From Candidatus Aenigmatarchaeota archaeon (GTDB lineage: Archaea; Aenigmatarchaeota; Aenigmatarchaeia; PWEA01): DNA of 35,150 nt. The position numbers and the translations under genes are program-made. Positions 9,206 through 16,972 of this stretch are shown piece by piece. The stretch's first letter is position 1; each line of letters begins with the position of its first letter. The notes beneath the pieces are model-generated. The model saw only the letters and a program-made list of their open reading frames with translations. It was not told where the DNA came from and made no database searches. The stretch covers positions 1 through 35,150 of the forward strand of contig PUKU01000032.1 of the NCBI GenBank assembly GCA_003550625.1. Direction: 5' to 3'.

Positions 9206-9880
9206 TCATACCTCTCTGTTTCTAACAAGTGCTTCTTCTATCCTACCCAGCTCGGGTCCTGTTGTTTTTTCACTCACAAGAACTCCTTTTTTATTGGCAA
9301 CTATACAGGCACCCACGAAAGGAACTCCGAAGTTTACAGTTCCTCTACCACACTCTAGACCAAAGATCTCCTCAAGTACATCTATCTCTTCATCAGTTAT
9401 GTCCCTATGTGACAAAAGACCCTTGTTTGTTACAACGGAACTGCTCCCCAGTAGATCTCTACCGGCTATGCTTGCAGACCTGACAGGAACATCAAAGATT
9501 CTTTCCAGGTCCTCCTTGGCTCCGACGAGTCTTTCAGAAACCACACATGCACTGTCGTTGACAAGTATAAGGTTACCCAGTGCTGTCTGTTTTGTATCTA
9601 CTGTCTCGCACCTTATTCCTGTTTCTCTTATTGTTTCGATCTCTTCTGTCTCGGCATTTCTGGGCAGGACTACTCCGTTTGAGTTTGCTGCACAGAATAT
9701 ACCTGACATCCTAGAACCAGCCACTGTTGTACCTATTACCTCGACGTCCAGAACATCCTCGACTGCCTCCCGACATTTTCCTGATAGTGTGGGATCCATA
9801 AGACAGAACTTATCCGTGGCCTCTGTATGTAGGCCTAGATTCGAATCTCCATCAAAGCTTGCCTTTTTTATATTGATCAT
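9206..9880 (-). CDS. eif6: translation initiation factor 6 (aIF6)
   Basis: 224 aa with the pentein-repeat pattern (repeated G..V.N / GT...N segments). It sits in the conserved L39e-L31e-eIF6 neighbourhood. Confidence 0.9.
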   Translation of the reverse strand: MINIKKASFDGDSNLGLHTEATDKFCLMDPTLSGKCREAVEDVLDVEVIGTTVAGSRMSGIFCAANSNGVVLPRNAETEEIETIRETGIRCETVDTKQTALGNLILVNDSACVVSERLVGAKEDLERIFDVPVRSASIAGRDLLGSSSVVTNKGLLSHRDITDEEIDVLEEIFGLECGRGTVNFGVPFVGACIVANKKGVLVSEKTTGPELGRIEEALVRNREV

Positions 9881-9896
9881 AGTATCCGCAGAAATA

Positions 9897-10529
9897 TCAG
9901 TTAAGGTTTTTCTCGAGGAACTTCTTCATCCCTTTTCTGTCCTTGTTTTCCTGCTCTATCTCAAGAAGCAGTTCAAAGTCCGGGTCGTCCATCTCCTCTA
10001 TCCTTTCCTTTGCATCGGATATACTTCCGCCCAGAACGTCCTCATACATCTCCCTGTCCTCCTCTCCTTCATCTCCATGGGACTGTGACTCGTGTATAGA
10101 AAGTCCTCGCTTTGTTTCAAAGCTCTTTCCGCATTCATCACACACATAACCTTCTTCCTCATCGGGTTCTTCTTCATCTGGTTTCTCATCCTTACCGTGT
10201 GCCCTTGATATATGAACCTCCAGTCCCTTCTCGGTCGCGAACTTCTTCCCACACTCTTCACAGAGGAACTCCTTCTCGGAAACGGTTTCCTTCTCAGGGG
10301 ACTGGACAATTACGTAATCACCGGCATCAACTATTCTAACCCTCACGGAGGAAGGTGGCTTCTTTGCACCTCTCTCCCATATCCTGTCGTTGATGCTCTG
10401 GTCTATCTTTACGGTCTTATCAGTACGTTTCTTGACAAACCTTCTCACTTCACGCACAGCCCTGGCTTCCCGTTTTCTTCTCACGACCTTCTTTACATCC
10501 AGGGGAATAGAAAATACGTTCTCATCCAT
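9897..10529 (-). CDS. rpl31e: ribosomal protein L31e fused to two C2H2 zinc fingers and an acidic C-terminal domain
   Basis: Residues 1-85 match L31e (FSIPL...KIDQSINDRIWERGAKKPPSSVRVRI). Residues 88-111 (FLCEECGKKFATEKGLEVHISRAH) and 128-151 (YVCDECGKSFETKRGLSIHESQSH) are classic C-x2-C-x12-H-x4-H fingers. About 60 further residues follow. Confidence 0.8.
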   Translation of the reverse strand: MDENVFSIPLDVKKVVRRKREARAVREVRRFVKKRTDKTVKIDQSINDRIWERGAKKPPSSVRVRIVDAGDYVIVQSPEKETVSEKEFLCEECGKKFATEKGLEVHISRAHGKDEKPDEEEPDEEEGYVCDECGKSFETKRGLSIHESQSHGDEGEEDREMYEDVLGGSISDAKERIEEMDDPDFELLLEIEQENKDRKGMKKFLEKNLN

Positions 10530-10534
10530 CTAAA

Positions 10535-10690
10535 TCAGTCTCTCCAGTGTCTGTTCTTGTTGACCCTTATACGTCTGGTCCTGCTTCTCTTCATCCCATA
10601 CTTCCGTATGGAAGCCCATATCGGAGCATCGGACAGTCTGTTCTTCTTTATGAGTCTTCTTTTCTTTCCCTTTGTCTTTCTTGAAGCCAT
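10535..10690 (-). CDS. rpl39e: ribosomal protein L39e
   Basis: Not in the ORF track (51 aa). Hand translation gives MASRKTKGKKRRLIKKNRLSDAPIWASIRKYGMKRSRTRRIRVNKNRHWRD*. It has the KKRRL...PxW...NRHWR pattern of L39e. ATG at 10688..10690, TGA at 10535..10537, and it occupies the expected slot between the PDCD5-like gene and rpl31e. Confidence 0.8.
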   Translation of the reverse strand: MASRKTKGKKRRLIKKNRLSDAPIWASIRKYGMKRSRTRRIRVNKNRHWRD

Positions 10691-10691
10691 A

Positions 10692-11027
10692 CTATCTCCT
10701 CTTTATATTCCAGTCCCTTTCCTGTTCGTTTTTTATAGACTTTAGTATGCTTTTGAGCTTATCGCCGTCTATCTTATCCCTCAGCTGACCGGACTGACTT
10801 AGCTGTATAAGATATGTTTCGAGCTGCTGTGCCATCTGTCTGTTTGCAAGCTTGACCCTGCTCAGTCTCTCCCTCGCGTCCTTGGTAAGCACCTTCCGGA
10901 GGGCCTGTTTCCTTCTTCTTTCGAGCTCCTCCTCCATCTCCCTTTCCCTGCTACTATTATCTTTATTTTCCTGTAGCTCCCTTTTCTTCTGCTCCTTTAT
11001 CCTTTCTATTTCTTCTCTATCCATCAT
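10692..11027 (-). CDS. DNA-binding protein, PDCD5/TFAR19 (MTH1615) family
   Basis: 111 aa. Charged N-terminus, then ALRKVLTKDARERLSRVKL...LIQLSQSGQL...KLKSIL, typical of the archaeal dsDNA-binding PDCD5 homolog. Conserved position between rps19e and rpl39e. Confidence 0.8.
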   Translation of the reverse strand: MMDREEIERIKEQKKRELQENKDNSSREREMEEELERRRKQALRKVLTKDARERLSRVKLANRQMAQQLETYLIQLSQSGQLRDKIDGDKLKSILKSIKNEQERDWNIKRR

Positions 11028-11445
11028 ATCCTTCCCTGACCTTTTTCGATATATTGTCCAGGAAGGACCGTCCTTCGGAAGTTACTTTCCTGCCCTCGCC
11101 TTTCTCCTTTCCTATAAACCCTGCGTCCTCGAGCTGCTGCAAAGCCACTCTTATTATCTTACCGCTGGCGGGGCGTGAGTGGTCGGGTGCGTGTCCCATG
11201 TCCTTCCTGTCGCTGTATTCTCTTCTCAACCTGTTGACCCCAACCGGTCCGTCTATGTATACCTTCCTCAGAAGAGAGGCACACCTCATATACCACCAGT
11301 CTTCCTGCTCTGGTGGTCTCTCCTTAGCTGAGGATGTCTTAACAAAGAGACTCCAATCGGGTTGATCTATTTCTTCTGTTTCCTTGAGTTCCTCTGCCAC
11401 AGCCTGTATGAGCTGGTTGGGTCTCACATCGTAAACTGTTACCAT
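11017..11445 (-). CDS. rps19e: ribosomal protein S19e
   Basis: 142 aa. VYDVRPNQLIQAVAEELK...PDWSLFVKTSSAKERPP...WWYMRCASLLRKVY matches the S19e family. Confidence 0.9.
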   Translation of the reverse strand: MVTVYDVRPNQLIQAVAEELKETEEIDQPDWSLFVKTSSAKERPPEQEDWWYMRCASLLRKVYIDGPVGVNRLRREYSDRKDMGHAPDHSRPASGKIIRVALQQLEDAGFIGKEKGEGRKVTSEGRSFLDNISKKVREGYDG

Positions 11446-11492
11446 ATCAATCCACTGACTTTAATACAACGTTAAGGTTTTTAAAGGTTAAG

Positions 11493-11795
11493 CTATCCCT
11501 TGTACTGATACCTTTTTATATGTCCACACTCCAGGCACTTCCACTTCGAAATTTTTTCGTCGCTGTCAAGCTCCACATCGCAGTTAGCACCGGGTTTAAT
11601 ATAGCTCTTGCATTCCCCACAGAAACTTTTTTTGTGCTTTTTCGGAATCTTTATACGATAACGCATGGCTATCTTCCTGGCCAGTTCAACGTACCTATCG
11701 GCTCTTTTTTTGTTCTCGGGAAAAGCCTTCCCGGCCTCTTCGAAAAGTATCTCTACCCTCTCCTTAGCTATCTTTTTCTGCCACTTGGGTTTCAT
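11493..11795 (-). CDS. rnp4: RNase P protein component 4 (Rpr2/Rpp21 family)
   Basis: KKIAKERVEILFEEA...ADRYVELARKIAMRYRIKIP...FCGECKSYIKPG...KCLECGHIKRY is the Rpr2 helical N-terminus plus Zn-ribbon. The ORF track starts at a GTG (11804); the first ATG is at 11795. Confidence 0.8.
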   Translation of the reverse strand: MKPKWQKKIAKERVEILFEEAGKAFPENKKRADRYVELARKIAMRYRIKIPKKHKKSFCGECKSYIKPGANCDVELDSDEKISKWKCLECGHIKRYQYKG

Positions 11796-11871
11796 GTAGT
11801 CCACCTTTCCTTCTCAATATTTATATAATCCGACGGATTTTTTATTAAAGTGGAGTAGGAATAATTGAAAC

Positions 11872-14454
11872 ATGACAAAGGGACTTTCCTCTGAAGAGGC
11901 CAGCAAGAAACTGGAGGAACACAGACCAAATGAGTTGAGGAAGGAGGGAGGAACAACAGCACTTGATATACTGCTGAGGCGGTTCAAGAATGTCCTTATG
12001 TGGATACTTATCGTAGCAGCTACGATCTCTTTCTTCGCAGATAAGATGCTTACATTCTACTTTGTTCTAGTTATAATCCTTATAATAGTTGTAACGGGCT
12101 TTGTGGAGGAGTGGAAGGCCGAAAAGGCCATGGAGAAGCTTAAAGAGATGGCATCACCCGAAACAAAGGTCTACAGAGACGGGAAGATAGTGGAAATAGA
12201 GACCAAGAACGTGGTGCCCGGTGATGTTCTGAAACTTGAGACGGGCGACAAAATACCTGCGGACGCGGAGCTCCTGGAAGTCACCAACCTCAAGGTGGAT
12301 GAGTCGATACTGACAGGAGAAAGCGCGACCGTGGAGAAGAAGGCGGGGGATAAAATTTACTCAGGGACCGTCATATCCCACGGAAGATGTGAAGCAATAG
12401 TAACGGCGACGGGTATGGACACAGATCTCGGTGAGATAGCCGAAGAGGTACAAGGAGAGGAAAGAGAAAGTCCGCTTCAAAGAAAGGTACAGATACTCGG
12501 AAAGAGACTGGGCATAATAGCCGTGATTTTGACCTTTCTGATATTTCTGGTAGGGTTTTTCCAGGGTGCTCCACCGGTTGAAATCCTCATGGTAACCCTT
12601 GCACTATCAGTTGCTGCGGTTCCTGAGGCACTTCCACTCACCATGACTCTCACACTATCACTGGGTGTGAAAAACATGGCAGAAAGAAATGCCATCGTAC
12701 GAAAAATGCTTGCGGTTGAAGGCCTGGGTTCCACTACTATAATATGCACCGACAAGACCGGAACGCTAACAAAGAATGAGATGACCGTGAAGAAGGTCTA
12801 CGTCGACGGGAAAGTCCTGGAGGTAGAGGGGAGAGGATACGAACCCGAAGGTAAAATAAAACACATGGAAAAGGAGGTGGATGTAAACGAAAACACGGCC
12901 CTGGACTGGCTTGTGAAGACGGGGGCTTTATGTAATAACGCAGAGGTTGATTTCGATAACAGTGTCGATATTCACGGAGAACCCACAGAAGCTTCCCTTG
13001 CCACTCTGGCCGAAAAGTCGGGTCTTTCCTACAATGGTCTAAGAGATAAACACCCAAGGAAGAAGGAGATTCTTTTCACCTCGAAAAGAAAGATGATGAC
13101 CACAGTCAATGAAATGGAGGACGGCAACCTTTACGCTTTCATGAAGGGCGCCCCGGAGGTAGTTTTGGAAAGATGCAGCCATATATTCGAGGAAGGAAAA
13201 GAGGAAGAGCTTACCGATAAAAGAAAGGAAGAGCTTTTGCAGAGGAACAATGAGTTTGCTGGAGATGCACTTAGGGTCCTCGGCTTTGCCTACAGAAGAG
13301 GAATTTCTGATGGAACTGATGACGATAGTATAGAAAGAGAGATGGTCTTTGTGGGCTTTGTTGGTATGTTGGACCCGCCAAGGGAAGGGGTAAAGGAGGC
13401 CGTGCGGATATGCGAAGAGGCTGGAATAGAGGTAAATATGGTTACAGGGGACAACAAAGAAACGGCGCGGGCAATAGCTGAGGAAATAAATCTCACGGAA
13501 AATCCTAGAGTAATCACGGCCAAAGAAATGGACGATATGGATAACGATGAACTGCGTGAAACGATAAAGAACGTTCACATCTTCGCCAGGACCCGTCCTG
13601 AGGACAAGCTACGTATAGTGGAGATCCTCCAGGAACACGGTGAGATAGTCGCCATGACAGGAGACGGTGTAAACGATGCACCGGCAGTGAAGAAGGCGGA
13701 TGTGGGCATAGGAATGGGAGAAAAAGGGACTGATGTAACAAAGGAGGCCAGCGATATAATCCTGAAGGACGACAACTTCAGTACGATAGTAGCCGCAATC
13801 AAAAATGGTCGACGTATATATAACAACATAGAGAAGTTTACCACCTACCTTGTTTCGATGAACTTCACTCAGATATTTTTAATAGCCATGGCCATAATAT
13901 TCCTGGGTTTTGAACTTCTGCCGCTGATAGCATTGCAGATATTATTCCTTAATGTCATAGAAGAAGAGTTTCCTGCTCTGGCACTGGGCGTGGACCCTAC
14001 CACGAGTGGTATAATGAAAAACAGTCCAAGGGATCCCAAACAAAGGTTCCTACATAAAAGGAACCTGTTCCTGATAGTGTCCATGGGCCTTTTTGTGGGA
14101 CTTATGTGCTTCATGGTATTTCTTCGAAATAGCCCCACTGAAACGCTCGATTCCGCAAGGACCATGGTCTTCACAACCTTTGCACTGATGGTAGTCATGG
14201 TGTCTTTCAACTACCGCTCACTTGAAAAATCCATATTTGAAATAGATCTCCTTCGTAACAGGTGGATGTTAGTTGCGGCTACAACCGCCGTTTTACTTGT
14301 ATTGGTCGCAGTGTACTTACCCACATTGCAAGGTGTATTTGGACATATTCCACCGGAACTGCATCAGTGGATTTATGCGATAGGAGGGGGTGTTTCAACA
14401 GTATTTTTCTTTGAGTTGATGAAGAAGATAAGCAAGTGCATATCAAAGGAATGA
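11872..14454 (+). CDS. P-type cation-transporting ATPase (P2-type, Ca2+/Na+-like)
   Basis: 860 aa. TGES actuator motif, phosphorylation motif ICTDKTGTLT, TM4 motif VPEALP, plus TGDN and GDGVNDAPA. Ion specificity cannot be read from the sequence alone. Confidence 0.9.
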   Translation: MTKGLSSEEASKKLEEHRPNELRKEGGTTALDILLRRFKNVLMWILIVAATISFFADKMLTFYFVLVIILIIVVTGFVEEWKAEKAMEKLKEMASPETKVYRDGKIVEIETKNVVPGDVLKLETGDKIPADAELLEVTNLKVDESILTGESATVEKKAGDKIYSGTVISHGRCEAIVTATGMDTDLGEIAEEVQGEERESPLQRKVQILGKRLGIIAVILTFLIFLVGFFQGAPPVEILMVTLALSVAAVPEALPLTMTLTLSLGVKNMAERNAIVRKMLAVEGLGSTTIICTDKTGTLTKNEMTVKKVYVDGKVLEVEGRGYEPEGKIKHMEKEVDVNENTALDWLVKTGALCNNAEVDFDNSVDIHGEPTEASLATLAEKSGLSYNGLRDKHPRKKEILFTSKRKMMTTVNEMEDGNLYAFMKGAPEVVLERCSHIFEEGKEEELTDKRKEELLQRNNEFAGDALRVLGFAYRRGISDGTDDDSIEREMVFVGFVGMLDPPREGVKEAVRICEEAGIEVNMVTGDNKETARAIAEEINLTENPRVITAKEMDDMDNDELRETIKNVHIFARTRPEDKLRIVEILQEHGEIVAMTGDGVNDAPAVKKADVGIGMGEKGTDVTKEASDIILKDDNFSTIVAAIKNGRRIYNNIEKFTTYLVSMNFTQIFLIAMAIIFLGFELLPLIALQILFLNVIEEEFPALALGVDPTTSGIMKNSPRDPKQRFLHKRNLFLIVSMGLFVGLMCFMVFLRNSPTETLDSARTMVFTTFALMVVMVSFNYRSLEKSIFEIDLLRNRWMLVAATTAVLLVLVAVYLPTLQGVFGHIPPELHQWIYAIGGGVSTVFFFELMKKISKCISKE

Positions 14455-14458
14455 AAGA

Positions 14459-14574
14459 TGCGGCCGCCGGGATTTGAACCCGGACAGCGAGCTGGCTCCG
14501 GACTGTGCACCCGAAAAATATTTACCGGACGCACCCATGGAAGGCTCGAGTCCTAGCCGTTAGACCACGGCCGC
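14459..14574 (-). tRNA. tRNA-Gly(UCC) with a 44-nt canonical intron
   Basis: Hand-folded cloverleaf: acceptor GCGGCCG/CGGCCGC with A73; D arm GUCU-AACGGCUA-GGAC; anticodon arm CGAGC-CUUCCAA-GCUCG; V loop CUGU; T arm CCGGG-UUCAAAU-CCCGG. The intron (14494..14537) lies between positions 37/38 in a bulge-helix-bulge: central helix CUUC/GGAG, bulges CAU and CCA, outer helices CGAGC/GCUCG and GGGU/GUCC. No CCA is encoded. Confidence 0.85.
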
Positions 14575-14614
14575 ATGGATAATGGCGTGGAAGTCGGTCC
14601 ACGTACGTTTTTTT

Positions 14615-15205
14615 TCAGTAGCCTCCTCTCTTCATCCTCTTCCATTGATCAGCAGCACTTTTATTTCTTTCGTCTTCCTCCTCCAGTTCCTCGTCTTCTG
14701 TTTCCTCCTTCTCCTCTTCTTCCTTTGCTATACGTGGCCTCTGTTTGGGAGGCTTGCCAGAACCCACGTCGGCGCTGTTCATTAGGTTCTGAACTTCCTG
14801 GAATAAGTCCTCATCCTGTAGCTCCTCCCTTTTTGGGAAGATCGCGCCGGTCGGTGTTCCTGCATTTTCATCCTCTTTAAAGCGTGGGAAAATCTGTATG
14901 TATGCATGGGGAACCATCTGCCCTCCTGCTTCTTTGATGTTCATAGTAACGGAAACACCGTCTGCCTCCAGTCCCTCCGTGATCCTCCGGACAGTTTTCC
15001 TCAACAGGGCCATTGCTTCATTCCACTCTTCTTCTGTAAGCTCCAACAAGCTCTCCCTGTGCTCCTTGGGAACTATGTTGGTCTGACCCTTGGCCCTGGG
15101 TTCCGGGTACTCCAGCCAGGCATAGAAGTTTTCCGTTTCTCCAACTACCCAGAGGTCATCCGGCTTATTGTTTATGAAATGGCAAAAGGGACACTGCTGA
15201 GGCAT
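14615..15205 (-). CDS. HIT-family protein with a degenerate histidine triad and a poly-acidic tail
   Basis: 196 aa. N-terminal CPFC, and HIT-fold sequence ...GQTNIVPKEH...GGQMVPHAYIQIFPR. The canonical HxHxHxx reads HAYIQIF. The C-terminal 50 aa are rich in E/D/K. Confidence 0.75.
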   Translation of the reverse strand: MPQQCPFCHFINNKPDDLWVVGETENFYAWLEYPEPRAKGQTNIVPKEHRESLLELTEEEWNEAMALLRKTVRRITEGLEADGVSVTMNIKEAGGQMVPHAYIQIFPRFKEDENAGTPTGAIFPKREELQDEDLFQEVQNLMNSADVGSGKPPKQRPRIAKEEEEKEETEDEELEEEDERNKSAADQWKRMKRGGY

Positions 15206-15274
15206 AATACCATATTTAAATAGAAGCTAATTAAAGTTATGGATTAAGGAGCCTGAGCACCCCCGTCTGATAAA

Positions 15275-16972
15275 ATGTTCGACATAGCCGTAACTGAAGG
15301 TCTGTTTGTAACATGGGACTTTGTGTTGTTGATTACGGTCGCGACTGTTCTGGGTTACATAGCACACAAGACATACCAGCCCAATCTAATAGCATACCTT
15401 GTAACCGGACTGGTTCTGGGTCCTGTCTTTCTCAACATAGTCCAGGAAACAGCCCTCCTTGAGCTCATGTCGGAGCTGGGACTGGCGTTCCTGCTGTTTC
15501 TTCTGGGACTACAGCTCAAGTTCGACGCCATAAGGAATATACTCAAGCCTATACTGAAGATTTCCTTCTGGCAGACCGTTTTACAAACGTCACTTGCGTT
15601 TGTGATATACTACTTCCTTGGTTTCGGGATGGTTGAAGTTATCGTCATGGCACTATGTACAGTGTTCGGTGCCACGCCCGTTATCGTTAAACTGTTGGAT
15701 GAGAAGGACGAGATAAACTCGCTTCCCGGTAAGATAGACGTGGGTGTGCTCATAGTACAGGACATAATACTAGTTGTCTATCTGACACTGTTCAGCGCAC
15801 CCGACTTAACAAATCCCGTACCAATAGCCATCAACTTCTTCCAGGTAATGGGCGTGATGGTTGTTCTAGGGTTGTTTTCCTATGCGGTTTCAAGGTGGGT
15901 AGTACCAAAGGTAGTGAAGGAGGTTGGCAAAAACAAACATCTTCTTTTCATAAACGGCGCGGCATGGGCCTTTCTGTTCATCGCGGTGTCCCTGGCACTT
16001 GACGTACCGGTGGAAGTCGGTGCCTTCATAGCGGGCCTTGGTCTTGCACAGAGTCCCTACAGCGACGAACTAAAGCAGCAGGTCAAACCAATAACCGACT
16101 TCTTTATGATGGTTTTCTTCGCCACGATAGGACTCGGTCTTGCGCCCGAATACCTAACGGTCTACTGGAAGGAAGCCGTAGTAGCTTCAACCCTCCTTAT
16201 GGTAGGTAACTTCCTAATAATGTTATATCTCATAGACAGGGAGAAGTTCAGCCTTGAGACGTCCTTCCTTGGAAGTATAAACATGGTCCAGGTAAGTGAG
16301 TTCTCTCTTGTAGTAGGTGCCCTTGCAGTAAGTAGAGGGTTGGTTGGAAATGAAATTCTGGGATATCTTAGCCTAATGGCAATAATGACCATGGGACTGT
16401 CGGCGTACATAATAAAGTACAACCACTGGATCTACGACCACGTAAAACATCTCTTTGAGTTCATGGAGTCGGAAGAGAAGGGCGACTTTGACATAAAAAC
16501 ACTGAACAACCATGCTATCGTAGTAGGTTACAATGAGATAACACGGCGGCTGATTCCTGTGTTGAAGGAAAAGTATGAGGATATCGTCGTCATAGACAAG
16601 GATCCAAAGTATGTTGAAATGTTAAAGGAGTCCGGTGCAGAGTTCGTCTTTGGTGATCTGAAACACGAGGAAATGAGAAGATCCATAGGCCTGAAAAGGG
16701 CCGATATAATAATCAGCATGGCCATGGACAGTGCCGTCAACAGGAGGATACTGGGTGATAAGAAGGAAGGTGCTGTAACCTTCCTCAGGGCAAAGGACAG
16801 AGATGATGCAGCAGGAGTTTACGATATGGGCGCAGACTTTGCCATAATAAAAAGGATGCTATCGGCGGAAAAGATGACCGAGTACATAGAGTCGTTCTTG
16901 GAAGACCCCGAGCTCTTCGAAAAAGCTGTGGAAGGTGACAAACAGATAATAGACTGGGAGGCTAGACTATGA
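15275..16972 (+). CDS. cation:proton antiporter (CPA2/Kef-type) with a C-terminal RCK/TrkA-N domain
   Basis: 565 aa. About 12 hydrophobic helices, followed by a soluble domain HAIVVGYNEITRRLIPVLKEK..DIVVIDKD...ADIIISMA (Rossmann-like RCK). Confidence 0.8.
   Translation: MFDIAVTEGLFVTWDFVLLITVATVLGYIAHKTYQPNLIAYLVTGLVLGPVFLNIVQETALLELMSELGLAFLLFLLGLQLKFDAIRNILKPILKISFWQTVLQTSLAFVIYYFLGFGMVEVIVMALCTVFGATPVIVKLLDEKDEINSLPGKIDVGVLIVQDIILVVYLTLFSAPDLTNPVPIAINFFQVMGVMVVLGLFSYAVSRWVVPKVVKEVGKNKHLLFINGAAWAFLFIAVSLALDVPVEVGAFIAGLGLAQSPYSDELKQQVKPITDFFMMVFFATIGLGLAPEYLTVYWKEAVVASTLLMVGNFLIMLYLIDREKFSLETSFLGSINMVQVSEFSLVVGALAVSRGLVGNEILGYLSLMAIMTMGLSAYIIKYNHWIYDHVKHLFEFMESEEKGDFDIKTLNNHAIVVGYNEITRRLIPVLKEKYEDIVVIDKDPKYVEMLKESGAEFVFGDLKHEEMRRSIGLKRADIIISMAMDSAVNRRILGDKKEGAVTFLRAKDRDDAAGVYDMGADFAIIKRMLSAEKMTEYIESFLEDPELFEKAVEGDKQIIDWEARL

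Noticed and set aside
9138-10088. Long antisense ORFs in the track. Examples: 9138..10088 (316 aa), 945..1307, 2083..2667, 4634..4975, 7420..7968, 8727..9074, 13039..13578, 17064..17687, 20598..21185, 21999..22625, 23976..24572, 28814..29314, 31193..32044, 31824..32450.
   Set aside because: All lie opposite or out of frame to genes with clear family signatures. Their translations are S/L/F/P/T-rich low-complexity sequence, as expected from the complement of purine-rich (GAA/GAG/AAG/GAT) coding strands. None has promoter or SD signals of its own.
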